Shown: positions 33,573-45,235, counted from the stretch's first letter. The stretch: DNA of 64,000 nucleotides from Halarcobacter sp. (GCA_048571215.1 CP182352.1:2080001-2144000), one strand, 5' to 3'. A program made the numbers and translations. The notes: a model not told the origin generated them from the sequence alone.

Positions 33573-34504
33573 GCAAAAAAATAAAAGTAGCTATTTCGGT
33601 AGGTGATTTAAATGGTATTGGTATTGAGATAGCCTTAAAATCTCACCAAAAGATTTCACAACTTTGTACTCCTATTTATTGTATAAATGAAGAGATGCTA
33701 AAACAAGCTGCTAAACTTTTAGAGCTTGATATTCCCAATGATTTTAAAATCCATTCTGTTAAAGGTGACTTTGGAATAAAACCTGGAAAAGTTTCTAAAA
33801 AGAGTGGAAAATATTCTTATGATTCTTTTAGTGAAGCTATAAATTTAGCAAATACAAAAAAAGTTGAAGCAATAGTTACACTTCCTATTAACAAAGAATC
33901 TTGGAGCAATGCAGATATAAAATATAAAGGCCATACAGAAGTTCTAAGAGACTTTTTTGGGAAAAATGCAATTATGATGCTTGGATGTAAAAAGATGTTT
34001 GTTGCACTGTTTACAGAACATATTGCTCTAAAAAAAGTAGCTAAAAAAATCAATCAAGAGGATTTAACTGCTTTTCTTCTTGATTTTCAAAAAAGTGTAA
34101 ATACAGAAAAAATAGCAGTACTAGGCTTAAATCCTCATGCAAGTGATAATGGAGTTTTAGGGGATGAAGAGATAGAAATATTTAAAGCTTTAAAAAAAGC
34201 AAATAAAACTCTAAATAAAGATATTTTCAAAGGTCCAGTAGTTCCGGATACTGCCTTTTCTCCAATCTCTAGAAAAAACTATAAGTATTTTGTTGCCATG
34301 TATCATGATCAAGGATTAGCTCCCCTAAAAGCTTTATATTTTGATCAAAGTATTAATGTAAGTCTTAATTTACCAATAATTAGAACTTCCGTTGACCATG
34401 GTACTGCTTTTGATATTGCATACTTAAAGAATAGAAAACTAAACTGTAAAAGTTATATCAATGCAGTAAAAGAGGCTTTAATACTTTTTGAAAATAGAAA
34501 ATGA
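33569..34504 (+). CDS. pdxA: 4-hydroxythreonine-4-phosphate dehydrogenase
   Basis: GDLNGIG, GHTE, GLNPHA, MYHDQG, RTSVDHGTA. Confidence 0.97.
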   Translation: MSKKIKVAISVGDLNGIGIEIALKSHQKISQLCTPIYCINEEMLKQAAKLLELDIPNDFKIHSVKGDFGIKPGKVSKKSGKYSYDSFSEAINLANTKKVEAIVTLPINKESWSNADIKYKGHTEVLRDFFGKNAIMMLGCKKMFVALFTEHIALKKVAKKINQEDLTAFLLDFQKSVNTEKIAVLGLNPHASDNGVLGDEEIEIFKALKKANKTLNKDIFKGPVVPDTAFSPISRKNYKYFVAMYHDQGLAPLKALYFDQSINVSLNLPIIRTSVDHGTAFDIAYLKNRKLNCKSYINAVKEALILFENRK

Positions 34505-35568
34505 CAAGTTTAGAATTTTGTCATGAATTAGAGTTTTCAAAAATCAACTTTATAGAGCGTAAAGTTCGTATAACTCACCCAAAAACCATACTTTATGGAC
34601 CACCTAAAAGTGGGAAAAGTTATCTTATATATGACTATTTATCAAACTTTGATGCTAAAGATTACCTATATATTGATTTAAACGATTTTAGAAATGATAA
34701 ACAAGAGATTATAAACAATCTTGAAGAGTATACTTTTAGAAATAAAATAAAAGTGATTGTGCTAGAAAATTTTGATTTTGATTTTAAAATCCCTTTTTGT
34801 GAAAGTGTTATTATCTCTACAAATAAAAAACAGTCATTTCAAGGGTTTAAAAATATCTATTTAACCCCTTTAGATTTTGAAGAGTTTTTACTCCATGAAA
34901 ATAAAAATCACATTATCACACAAAGTTTTAACTACTTTTTCAAATATGGAAACCTTCCACAAACAGTTAAGATAATAGAGACTCAAACCCTAAATAACTT
35001 GCAAGAACTTCTTTTAAATATATCAAAAGACTCTACTTCTTTAGAGATACTTAAAATTTTACTTTTAAATATAGATGAAAAAAAATCCCTAAATCAACTC
35101 TATTTAGTTTTAAAAAATAAAATAAAAATATCAAAAGATAGATTTTATGAAGAGTGTAAACACCTTGAAGAGAGTAAAATTATTTTTTTCATTGCAAAAT
35201 ACAATCAAGAAAAGAATTCAAAGAAAATATATGCTTATAATCAGGCTTTATTTAGTGCAATTACCCATGAAAAAAGATTAAAAAGTGAACTAACAAATAT
35301 TATTTTACTTGAACTTATAAATAAATACAAAGATATTTATTATCTTGATTATATTGATTTTTATATACCTTCTAAAAAAAGTGCTTATGTATCAATACCT
35401 TTTTTTAACTCTAACTTTATGCAAAACCAAGTAAAAAAGATAAATAAAGTTATTGCTGACTTAGATATAAAAGAACTAACAATAATCACCATATCAAATA
35501 ATGAAGAGTTTGTTTTTGAAAATATGAAGATAAATGTTTTACCCTTTTATGAATGGGCACTTAGCTAA
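34501..35568 (+). CDS. AAA+ ATP-binding protein (AAA_14/DUF4143-like)
   Basis: Walker A GPPKSGKS, LTPLDFEEF, YGNLP. Confidence 0.7.
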   Translation: MTSLEFCHELEFSKINFIERKVRITHPKTILYGPPKSGKSYLIYDYLSNFDAKDYLYIDLNDFRNDKQEIINNLEEYTFRNKIKVIVLENFDFDFKIPFCESVIISTNKKQSFQGFKNIYLTPLDFEEFLLHENKNHIITQSFNYFFKYGNLPQTVKIIETQTLNNLQELLLNISKDSTSLEILKILLLNIDEKKSLNQLYLVLKNKIKISKDRFYEECKHLEESKIIFFIAKYNQEKNSKKIYAYNQALFSAITHEKRLKSELTNIILLELINKYKDIYYLDYIDFYIPSKKSAYVSIPFFNSNFMQNQVKKINKVIADLDIKELTIITISNNEEFVFENMKINVLPFYEWALS

Positions 35569-35620
35569 ATTTATTATAATATGTAATAATATATAATAAA
35601 AAAAATCAAAAGGTTAATCT

Positions 35621-36151
35621 ATGACAAGTTCAATAGTAATCTTAATAATTCTAATAATAATTCTTCTTTATCTGTATAATTCTTTAATAAATAAAAAAAA
35701 ACAAGTTGAAAATATCTTTGCATCAGTTGATGTACAATTAAAAAAAAGATACGATTTATTGCCCAATTTAATTGCAAATGTTAGCAGATACATGGAACAG
35801 GAAAGGGAACTTTTAGAAAAAATTACACAACTTCGCTTACAAGCTATAAACCCACATTTAAGTGATGATGAAAAAATACAACTAGATAGTAAAATAAGCT
35901 CTGCACTTGGTACTGTAATGCTTGCAATTAAAGATTATCCTGAGCTAAAATTAAATGAGAACATATTGAATCTACAACTAATCTTAAATAAAATAGAAGA
36001 GAAAATATCAGTTTCCAAAAGAGCGTACAATCAAGCAGTTACTGATTATAATAATGCCATAGAGATAATACCAACAAACTTCATGGCTAAGAGTATGAAC
36101 TACAAAAGAAAAGAGGTATTTAGTTTAGATAAAAAAACTAGAGAAGATTAG
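35621..36151 (+). CDS. lemA: LemA family protein
   Basis: N-terminal TM; DVQLKKRYDLLPNL, YPELK, AYNQAVTDYN. Confidence 0.9.
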   Translation: MTSSIVILIILIIILLYLYNSLINKKKQVENIFASVDVQLKKRYDLLPNLIANVSRYMEQERELLEKITQLRLQAINPHLSDDEKIQLDSKISSALGTVMLAIKDYPELKLNENILNLQLILNKIEEKISVSKRAYNQAVTDYNNAIEIIPTNFMAKSMNYKRKEVFSLDKKTRED

Positions 36152-36297
36152 ATCTAGGTGAACTTTATTAATAACTTTTTATTGCTTATATTTTTTTATT
36201 AAGTAATTTATCTACAAATATTAAAAAAGATTTATTTTAAGCAAAAAATATAGAATAAAGATTGATTAACGAAATATTTAGGATATTTTAGATATAA

Positions 36298-37029
<732 letters not shown>

Positions 37030-37111
37030 ATTAAAAGGCAAAATTTGCCTACTTTAATTTTTGCTACTTTTATCAATTTTCATAAATTGAGTTAAAATAA
37101 AAAGGAAATAA

Positions 37112-37327
37112 ATGAGATTAGAAGAAAGAATGTCAAAAGCTCTTAAAAGAGTAAATAATGATAGATATATTTTATCAATTGCAGTTGGGCAAAGAGCAGA
37201 TGAGTTAAGTAAAGGTGCTAAACCTTTATTAGAGCATAATACACAACATATGAAATATACTGATATTGCAATTGATGAGATTGCCAATGGATTATTAGTA
37301 ATAGAGGGTCTTGTAAATAAAGTTTAG
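37112..37327 (+). CDS. rpoZ: RNA polymerase omega subunit
   Basis: DRYILSIAVGQRA, DIAIDEIA; lies between pyrH and spoT. Confidence 0.93.
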   Translation: MRLEERMSKALKRVNNDRYILSIAVGQRADELSKGAKPLLEHNTQHMKYTDIAIDEIANGLLVIEGLVNKV

Positions 37328-37355
37328 TTCTAAAAGTAAAACTTTTAGAACTAAA
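37323..37355. terminator. Perfect 15-bp hairpin between rpoZ and spoT
   Basis: tttagttctaaaagt-aaa-acttttagaactaaa. Confidence 0.6.
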
Positions 37356-37364
37356 GGCTAAATT

Positions 37365-39500
37365 ATGGATCCATTTATTGATAAAATACAAAGTGTCAAC
37401 AACTTAAGTGACGCTATAAATCTTCTTCAAACTGAAGCAAAAATAACACCAAAACTTCAAGATATTATAGACTTTACAATACAAGCACATGAAGGTCAAT
37501 TTAGAAAAAGTGGTGAACCATATGCAGTGCACCCTATTTTAGTAGCCTCTGTTGCTTCACACTTTTCAAATGATGAAGATGTTATAGCAACAGCCCTACT
37601 TCATGATGTAGTAGAAGATACACAATATAGTTTAGAGTTTATTAAAGAAGCTTGGGGTGAAGATATTGCTTATATGGTTGATGGCTTAACTAAAATTGAT
37701 GAGATTAGGGAACATGAATTAGTACCTTCTAGTTCTGATAAAAAATTGATAACTTCTGCTTTAACTTTTAGAAAAATGTTAATAGCTTCAATTGATGATG
37801 TTAGAGTTTTGGTTGTAAAACTTTGTGATAGACTTCACAATATGCTAACTTTAGATGCACTTCCCCAAAACAAACAACTAAGAATTGCAGAAGAAACACT
37901 TGTAGTGTATGTACCAATTGCTCATAGGCTTGGTATTTCAACTGTTAAAAATACTTTAGAAGATTTAGCTTTTTTTTATATTTACCCAGAAGAATATGAA
38001 AAAATTGATAACTTTATAAAAGAGCATGAACATGCTATTCAGCTAACATTTAACAAATTTATATCTTCAACTAAAAAAATACTTGAAAAAAATGGTTTTG
38101 ATTTAGCAAAAGTCAAAATCTTTAGTAGAATTAAACACTATTACTCTATTTATTTAAAAATGCAAAGAAAAGGTGTAACAATAGATGAAGTTTTAGATTT
38201 ATTGGCTATTAGAATCTTAGTTGATAAAGATATAGATTGTTATAGAGTTCTTGGTTTTTTACACTTAGAGTACAAACCTCTTATATCTAGATTTAAAGAT
38301 TATGTGTCAACACCAAAAGAGAATGGATATCAAACTATTCATACAACTGTGTTTTATAACTCAAAAATCTATGAGGTACAAATTAGAACCTTTGAGATGA
38401 ATAAAATAGCAGAATATGGAATAGCAGCTCATTGGAAATATAAAAGTGGAGCTAAACAACCAAATCTAAATTGGCTTAAATCTTTAGAATACTCAAATGA
38501 TAACATAGAAGAGTTTTATGCAGAAACAAAAGAGGATTTATACTCAGAAGAGATAGTTGTATATTCTCCCCATGGTGATACTTTTAATCTACCAAGAGGA
38601 TCTACAGCACTAGATTTTGCATATGCAGTGCATACTGATGTGGGTAGAAATGCAATAGAATCTTACGTAAATAAGGTAAAAAGACCACTGCTAACAGAAC
38701 TTAAAAGCTCAGATATTGTATCTATCAAAACAGTTGATTATGCAATACCTAGATGTTCATGGCAAGATATGGTAAAAACAAATAGAGCAAAAAAACAAAT
38801 TAAATTTTTATGTTCACAAAGATTAAAAGAGATTGATGAGCTTAGTGGTAGAAATATTCTTAATACAGTTTTTTCTCCCTACATGAAAAACATCACTTCT
38901 ACAAATAAGGTGGATTCTTTACAGAAAATTCCACAAATACTTGATTATTTTAAACACGTAAAACATCAAATTGAGAAAAAAATCATAAAAGAGCAAGGTT
39001 TTGTAGCTAGATTTAAAATATATACAAGTAAAATCAAAAGATTTAAATTTGACAATATGTTTATATACTCAAATTTTAGTATTAATTCTGTATCATTTGA
39101 CCACTGTTGCCACCCTAAATTTGCCGATGAAATAGTTGCATTTAAAGAAGGTAACAAAGCTGTAATCCATCATAAAATGTGTGATAAAGCTTATAATAAA
39201 ATTATGAGTAATGATGAAATGCTTTTTTGCAAATGGACAAAAGATACACTATATCAATACAAAATGGTAGTTAGTTTACCAAACACTAAAGGTGAACTTG
39301 CTAGATTGTTAATGTATATGAGTCAATATGAGGGTTATATTTTAGCAATTGAATATGGTAGAGAGAAACACTCATATCGACAATATTGTGATATTGAGTT
39401 TGAATTAAATATAGCGAATGTTGAACAAGTAAGAAAACTAATAGAAAAAAAGGTAAAAGTTATTGAGTTTTACTCAAAAAAAGATGCCTACAATAAATAA
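37365..39500 (+). CDS. spoT: Bifunctional (p)ppGpp synthetase/hydrolase
   Basis: HEGQFRKSGEPY, LHDVVEDT, RFKDY..PK.NGYQ.IHT, TGS motif DFAYAVHT. Confidence 0.97.
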   Translation: MDPFIDKIQSVNNLSDAINLLQTEAKITPKLQDIIDFTIQAHEGQFRKSGEPYAVHPILVASVASHFSNDEDVIATALLHDVVEDTQYSLEFIKEAWGEDIAYMVDGLTKIDEIREHELVPSSSDKKLITSALTFRKMLIASIDDVRVLVVKLCDRLHNMLTLDALPQNKQLRIAEETLVVYVPIAHRLGISTVKNTLEDLAFFYIYPEEYEKIDNFIKEHEHAIQLTFNKFISSTKKILEKNGFDLAKVKIFSRIKHYYSIYLKMQRKGVTIDEVLDLLAIRILVDKDIDCYRVLGFLHLEYKPLISRFKDYVSTPKENGYQTIHTTVFYNSKIYEVQIRTFEMNKIAEYGIAAHWKYKSGAKQPNLNWLKSLEYSNDNIEEFYAETKEDLYSEEIVVYSPHGDTFNLPRGSTALDFAYAVHTDVGRNAIESYVNKVKRPLLTELKSSDIVSIKTVDYAIPRCSWQDMVKTNRAKKQIKFLCSQRLKEIDELSGRNILNTVFSPYMKNITSTNKVDSLQKIPQILDYFKHVKHQIEKKIIKEQGFVARFKIYTSKIKRFKFDNMFIYSNFSINSVSFDHCCHPKFADEIVAFKEGNKAVIHHKMCDKAYNKIMSNDEMLFCKWTKDTLYQYKMVVSLPNTKGELARLLMYMSQYEGYILAIEYGREKHSYRQYCDIEFELNIANVEQVRKLIEKKVKVIEFYSKKDAYNK

Positions 39501-39525
39501 ATTTTAAAAGAAGGTAAAAGTTTAA

Positions 39526-40734
39526 ATGGAAGAGAAAATCAAAGAAGCACTAGCAGAAATACAAAGAGGAACAGCTGAAATAATAGATATTGAAAGAATT
39601 GAAAAACTTCTAAGGAACTATTATGAAAATGGCAAAAACTTTTATGTAAAAGCAGGATTTGATCCAACAGCACCAGACTTACACCTAGGACATACAGTAC
39701 TTATTCAAAAACTTGCTGCCTTCCAAAAATATGGAGGGATTGTACAGTTTTTAATTGGAGATTTTACAGCTACCATTGGAGACCCAACAGGTAAAAGTGA
39801 AACAAGAAAAGTTTTAAGTGAAGAGCAAGTTTTACAGAATGCGCAAAGTTATAAAGATCAAGTTTTTAAAATCCTAGACCCAGAAAAAACAGAAGTTATG
39901 TTTAATTCTAAATGGCTAAAAGAGTTAGGAACAGCAGGACTTATCTCACTTGCTTCAAACTTAACAGTTGCAAGAATGTTAGAAAGAGATGATTTTTCAA
40001 AAAGATATGCTTCGAATACTCCAATAGCAGTAAATGAATTTATGTATCCTTTACTTCAAGGTTACGATTCTATAGCTATGAATACAGATATAGAGCTAGG
40101 TGGAACAGATCAAAAGTTTAACTTACTTATGGGTAGAACTTTACAAAAAGCTTATGATACGAAAAAACAACAAGCTGTACTTATGATGCCTATATTAGAA
40201 GGTTTAGATGGGGTACAAAAAATGTCTAAATCACTAGGTAATTATATTGGTGTAACAGATAAAGCAAATGATATGTTTGGAAAAGTTTTATCAATCTCAG
40301 ATGAACTTATGTGGAGATATTTTGAACTATTATCTTCAAAATCGTTAAAAGAGATTGAAGATATGAAAAATAAAGTTGAAGATGGTTCTTTACACCCTAA
40401 AAAGGTAAAAGAGTCTTTAGCTATGGAAATTGTTGATAGATTTCACGGAATTGGACAAGGTGAGATAGCAAAACAAGAATTTGAAAAGGTTTTTGCTAAA
40501 AAAGATATACCTACTGATATGCCAGAATTTCAACTTGAAGCTGGTATTTGGATTTGTCAAGCCTTAGTGGATACAAAACTTGTAAATTCAACTTCACAAG
40601 CTAGACGTGATATAAAAGCTAATGCAGTAAGTATCAATCAAGAAAAAGTTAGCGATGAAAAATTAAATTTAGAAATAGGTGAATATATTTTACAAAAAGG
40701 TAAAAAGAATTTCGCTAAGATAATAATAAAATAA
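39526..40734 (+). CDS. tyrS: Tyrosine--tRNA ligase
   Basis: [24 protein letters not shown]-terminal S4 domain. Confidence 0.98.
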   Translation: MEEKIKEALAEIQRGTAEIIDIERIEKLLRNYYENGKNFYVKAGFDPTAPDLHLGHTVLIQKLAAFQKYGGIVQFLIGDFTATIGDPTGKSETRKVLSEEQVLQNAQSYKDQVFKILDPEKTEVMFNSKWLKELGTAGLISLASNLTVARMLERDDFSKRYASNTPIAVNEFMYPLLQGYDSIAMNTDIELGGTDQKFNLLMGRTLQKAYDTKKQQAVLMMPILEGLDGVQKMSKSLGNYIGVTDKANDMFGKVLSISDELMWRYFELLSSKSLKEIEDMKNKVEDGSLHPKKVKESLAMEIVDRFHGIGQGEIAKQEFEKVFAKKDIPTDMPEFQLEAGIWICQALVDTKLVNSTSQARRDIKANAVSINQEKVSDEKLNLEIGEYILQKGKKNFAKIIIK

Positions 40735-40744
40735 AAGGCCAGTA

Positions 40745-41818
40745 TTGAAAATAGGAAAATATGAAATAAAACACCCAATAATACAAGGTGGAATGGGTGT
40801 TGGAATTAGTTGGGATAAATTAGCTGGAACAGTGAGTAAAGAAGGTGGTCTTGGAGTAATTTCTGGTGTTGGAACTGGTTATTATAAAAGTGATGAGTTT
40901 CAAGTAAAAACAAAAAAAGACAAACCAGTAGATGTACTAAATTTTTACTCAAAAGATGCACTAAATACAATAATAAAAAATGCAAGAAAAATATGTGGAG
41001 ATGCGCCACTTGCATGTAATGTTTTATACGCATGTAATGATTATGGAAGAATAGTAAGAGATGCTTGTGAAGCAGGTATAAATATGATAATCACAGGAGC
41101 TGGGATTCCTACAAATATGCCAGAATTTACAAAAGATTTTCCTGATGTTGCTTTGATACCAATTGTATCAAGTGCAAGAGCTTTAAAACTTATTTGTAGA
41201 AAATGGAAAAGATATAATAAACTTCCAGATGCAGTTATTGTTGAGGGACCAAAATCTGGTGGTCATCAAGGTTTCTCTTATGAACAATGTTTTCAAGAAG
41301 AGTTCCAATTAGAAAACATTGTACCTCCTGTACTTGAAGAAGCAAAAAACTGGGGGAATCCTCCAATTATTGCAGCAGGTGGTATTTGGGATAAAAATGA
41401 TATTGATAAGTTTATGGATATGGGTTGTTCTGGTGTTCAAATGGCAACTAGATTTATAGGAACCTTTGAGTGTGATGCTGATCCAGTATTTAAAAAAGTA
41501 CTTATTGATTCAAAATCAGAGGATATAAAACTTATGAAATCACCAGTTGGACTTCCTGCTCGTGGAGTTAGAACCAACTTGCAAAAATCTTTAGATGAAG
41601 GGAATGCCCCAAAAGTAACTTGTATATCTAACTGTGTAGCACCTTGCAATAGAGGTGTTGAAGCTAAAATTGTTGGATATTGTATAGCTGATAGATTAGG
41701 TGCAGCATATCAAGGTGATTTAGATACAGGATTATTTTTCACAGGCTCAAATGGATATAAAATTGAAAAAGTTATATCAGTTCATGAGTTGATGGAAAAA
41801 CTAACAAAAGGAGAGTAA
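40745..41818 (+). CDS. Nitronate monooxygenase-family flavoprotein
   Basis: PIIQGGMG, EGPKSGGHQG, IAAGG, GVQMATRF. Confidence 0.88.
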   Translation: MKIGKYEIKHPIIQGGMGVGISWDKLAGTVSKEGGLGVISGVGTGYYKSDEFQVKTKKDKPVDVLNFYSKDALNTIIKNARKICGDAPLACNVLYACNDYGRIVRDACEAGINMIITGAGIPTNMPEFTKDFPDVALIPIVSSARALKLICRKWKRYNKLPDAVIVEGPKSGGHQGFSYEQCFQEEFQLENIVPPVLEEAKNWGNPPIIAAGGIWDKNDIDKFMDMGCSGVQMATRFIGTFECDADPVFKKVLIDSKSEDIKLMKSPVGLPARGVRTNLQKSLDEGNAPKVTCISNCVAPCNRGVEAKIVGYCIADRLGAAYQGDLDTGLFFTGSNGYKIEKVISVHELMEKLTKGE

Positions 41819-41820
41819 AA

Positions 41821-43209
41821 ATTTTAAAAAAATTTTTCATCCTAACCTTATTTTTCTTTTCATTTAATTATCTCTTCGCCACAGAAGATTTGCAGCAAAG
41901 ATATAACCAAGCAAGAATGAGTTATTTAAAAGCTGTACTAAATGATAATTCAAATGAACAAATAGAAAATTTAACGATACTAATAAAGACTGGAAAAAAA
42001 CTAAATAAAAATACTAGAAAATATGAAAAAGCTTTAAAAGAGATTGATAAAGAATATAAAAAAATAGAAAAAATTGACCCTATTAAAATAAAAGAAATAA
42101 GACCTATAACAAAACCCATAATCTCAAAAATTGATACAAACGATACAAATAATTCAAAATATACAATAAAATCAGTTGAATCAAGAGACAATATGATTAT
42201 TATTGATTTTAAAACAGATGTTACAAAAGATTTTATTAAATTTTATGAAAAAAGAGTTAAAAATGCACACCAAGATATCTATGATATCAAAGGTAGATTT
42301 AAAGATGCATACCCTACAAAACTATCTATAAATGGCGTTGATCAAATAGTAATTACACAAGAAAAAAATAATACTCTTAGAATACTTTTTGAAGATAAAA
42401 GAAACTTAAAAACTATCTACTTTATAAATGGTAATAGAATTGTATTAAAGGTATTAGATACAAAAAAAAGTACTTCTAAAAAAAACTTAGCAAAAATATC
42501 AAATTCTCCTAAAATTCTAAATATAGGGAAAAATAGAGTTATTGTACTTGATGCAGGACATGGTGGAAAAGATGCGGGAGCAGTTGGGTATCACAATAGA
42601 TATGAAAAACATGCAGTTTACAATGTAACAAGATATTTAGAAACCCTACTTAAACATAGGGGATATAAAGTCTATTTAACAAGAAGTAGTGATAGATTTA
42701 TAAAACTAAAAAATAGAACACTTTTAGCAAACAAGAAAAAAGCTGATATTTTTATCTCTATCCATGCTAACTCTGTACCAAAAAGTAAAAGAAACAAAAT
42801 CAAAGGGGTAGAAACCTTTTTTCTAAGTCCAGCAAGAAGTGCTAGAGCAAAAAGGGTTGCTGAACTTGAAAACAAATCAGATATGAGAAAAATGAACTAC
42901 AGTAGTAAAAGTGCCCTACTTTCAATACTAAATCAAGGTAAAATTACTGCTTCTAATAAACTTGCAATTGATATACATAAAAATATGCTTTATGAAGCAA
43001 GACAAATGTATAAAGATGTTGAGGATAGTGGTGTTAGAGAGGGTCCATTTTGGGTATTAGTTGGAGCTCAAATGCCATCTGTATTAGTTGAGATTGGGTA
43101 TATATCTCATCCTATAGAGGGAAAAAGATTGTACTCTAAAAAATATCAAAAAAAATTAGCTTTAGGTATAGCTAATGGGATTGATTCTTATTTTCTAAAA
43201 AATCCTTAA
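41821..43209 (+). CDS. amiA: N-acetylmuramoyl-L-alanine amidase (Amidase_3); probable ATT start
   Basis: LDAGHGGKD, SIHAN, LVEIGY. The frame is open upstream of TTG 41890 and encodes a signal peptide from ATT 41821, with AAGGAG 7 nt upstream. Confidence 0.9.
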   Translation: MLKKFFILTLFFFSFNYLFATEDLQQRYNQARMSYLKAVLNDNSNEQIENLTILIKTGKKLNKNTRKYEKALKEIDKEYKKIEKIDPIKIKEIRPITKPIISKIDTNDTNNSKYTIKSVESRDNMIIIDFKTDVTKDFIKFYEKRVKNAHQDIYDIKGRFKDAYPTKLSINGVDQIVITQEKNNTLRILFEDKRNLKTIYFINGNRIVLKVLDTKKSTSKKNLAKISNSPKILNIGKNRVIVLDAGHGGKDAGAVGYHNRYEKHAVYNVTRYLETLLKHRGYKVYLTRSSDRFIKLKNRTLLANKKKADIFISIHANSVPKSKRNKIKGVETFFLSPARSARAKRVAELENKSDMRKMNYSSKSALLSILNQGKITASNKLAIDIHKNMLYEARQMYKDVEDSGVREGPFWVLVGAQMPSVLVEIGYISHPIEGKRLYSKKYQKKLALGIANGIDSYFLKNP

Positions 43210-43615
43210 TCTTTTCTATTAAGTATTTTTGTTTCTTTTTTATACTAGGTAGATTGTCAATATCAAAGAATTTTGCTTTAGAGTTTTCCCAAGATAGAAA
43301 CTTTTCATTAAGTTTATCATCTAAAAAATACTTTTCGATATTGTCAATTTTATCACAATTTACTATCCAGATTCCTATATCTTTATTTTTATTTCTTTGA
43401 AGAAAAAACTCCTCAAAATGGTGGATTCCAACATTGATGCTACTCTCTTCATAAAACTCTCTTTTTGCACACATTTTAGAGGATTCACTCCCTTGTTGCA
43501 TCCCTTTTAGACAACCCCATTTGTTTAAACTTTTTACTGACTTACATAATAAAATTTTAATCTTTTTATCTTCAAATTTATACGGCAATATACCATATGC
43601 TCTTAACTTTTCCAT
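43172..43615 (-). CDS. Nudix hydrolase
   Basis: Nudix box GMQQGSESSKMCAKREFYEESSI. Confidence 0.8.
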   Translation of the reverse strand: MEKLRAYGILPYKFEDKKIKILLCKSVKSLNKWGCLKGMQQGSESSKMCAKREFYEESSINVGIHHFEEFFLQRNKNKDIGIWIVNCDKIDNIEKYFLDDKLNEKFLSWENSKAKFFDIDNLPSIKKKQKYLIEKIKDFLENKNQSH

Positions 43616-44682
43616 TATGTCCTATTCTTCTTTCTATAAATAAAATATGAGATTACATACCAAAAAAACATTGGTATTAACATCAGCAATTCAGGCTGTG
43701 AAACACCACTAGCTGAAAACTTATGTAGCATAAAAAACACCCCCCAAATAACTAATGTACCAAATATAGAAAATGAGGTAAAAGTTCCTATATTAAAAAA
43801 TCTTCGATTATTTGAGGTATAAATAAAAATAAGCATAATCAAAGGTATCACAAAAAAAGGAATAATTAAATCATAATAAATTGCCGCTCTAATTCTATCT
43901 GTATTCACCTCTTGTTTTGAAAGTAACATTAAAGCAGAAACAGCATCCAGTATAGAAAATGTTGATCTTTCTTCATATACACTATCTAAAATTTTTGGTT
44001 TAAAGCCTTCTAGTGTGTTTAGAAATTTCTCATATCTTACTTCTAGTTTTGAGCTATTGAAGTTTAATTCTTTTGGTTTTGTAACAATTTTTGCATCAAC
44101 CACATACCATTTATCATTTTGAAAATAAGCTTTTTTGGCAATTATCGTTTCAATAATATCACCATCATTTATCTTGTAGATATGGATTCCTTCTGCTTGT
44201 TTTTGCAAAGGTAATAGCTTTTTAAAATATATAAAATTGTCATTATATTTTAAAAAAATATCAGACTTTGTATTTGTAAAATAATTTCCATCAAGTATTT
44301 TTACCTTTTGCTCATAGGAATAAGCTAAGGGAGTCATCTGTATTGAAATTAATAAAACTAATAAAAGTAAAGAGATATAAATAACAGGAGAATAGATATT
44401 ATATCTTTTTGCGCCAAGAGAAGAAAATGCCACAAGTTCATTATTTCTTACAAAGATTACTAAAGTTACTATCCAAGCAAAAACCAAGCTAAGTGGCAAA
44501 GCTAAAGTAAGTGTGAAAAAGCTATTGTACATTAGGTAAAGTAGTTGTAAGTTAGCTGAGTTAGGTAATTCTTTTACATTTTGAAAAAAATCCATCCCTA
44601 CAAAAAAAAGCTGCAGTGAGATTAAAATAACAAGAAAATTAATAAGATACTTTTTTAAAATATATTTAGTTAATATGCTCAT
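43615..44682 (-). CDS. LptF/LptG family LPS export permease
   Basis: LPLSLVF, RNNELVAFSSLG, 3+3 TM layout; downstream of pth. Confidence 0.88.
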   Translation of the reverse strand: MSILTKYILKKYLINFLVILISLQLFFVGMDFFQNVKELPNSANLQLLYLMYNSFFTLTLALPLSLVFAWIVTLVIFVRNNELVAFSSLGAKRYNIYSPVIYISLLLLVLLISIQMTPLAYSYEQKVKILDGNYFTNTKSDIFLKYNDNFIYFKKLLPLQKQAEGIHIYKINDGDIIETIIAKKAYFQNDKWYVVDAKIVTKPKELNFNSSKLEVRYEKFLNTLEGFKPKILDSVYEERSTFSILDAVSALMLLSKQEVNTDRIRAAIYYDLIIPFFVIPLIMLIFIYTSNNRRFFNIGTFTSFSIFGTLVIWGVFFMLHKFSASGVSQPELLMLIPMFFWYVISYFIYRKKNRT

Positions 44683-44683
44683 A

Positions 44684-45235
44684 TCACTTCAGTGTAAACT
44701 TAGATTTCACAACATCAATTTCTTCACTTTTAAGTGCTTCTATTGCTTTAATTGTGTGAGTGATTATATCCTTTAATTTATTTAATTCCTCTTTTGAAAA
44801 GTTAGATAATACATAATTTACAACTTCACTCTTTTCAGTAGGTTTGCCAATACCTATTCTAACTCTTATATACTCTTTTCCAATATGTGAATCAATAGAT
44901 TTTAAACCATTGTGCCCTCCATGACCTCCACCTACTTTGAATTTTACAGTTCCAAAAGGCAAATCTAAGTCATCATGAATAACAATAATATTTTCTAATT
45001 CTATTTTATAATACTCTTTGATAGCAATTACTGCATCACCTGAGAGATTCATATAAGTTTTTGGTTTTACATAAAGATTATAGCCAGATTTAAAAACATC
45101 TGCTTTGAAGTTTGATTTATTTATATTTGAAGTAGTGAGGTTTTTTAGTATCTCATCGATAACTAAAAAACCTACATTGTGTCTAGTTAGATTGTATTTT
45201 TCACCAATATTACCTAAACCTACTATTAAGTGCAT
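44684..45235 (-). CDS. pth: Peptidyl-tRNA hydrolase
   Basis: GLGNIG, TRHNVGF, HDDLD, GGHNGLKS. Confidence 0.98.
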   Translation of the reverse strand: MHLIVGLGNIGEKYNLTRHNVGFLVIDEILKNLTTSNINKSNFKADVFKSGYNLYVKPKTYMNLSGDAVIAIKEYYKIELENIIVIHDDLDLPFGTVKFKVGGGHGGHNGLKSIDSHIGKEYIRVRIGIGKPTEKSEVVNYVLSNFSKEELNKLKDIITHTIKAIEALKSEEIDVVKSKFTLK

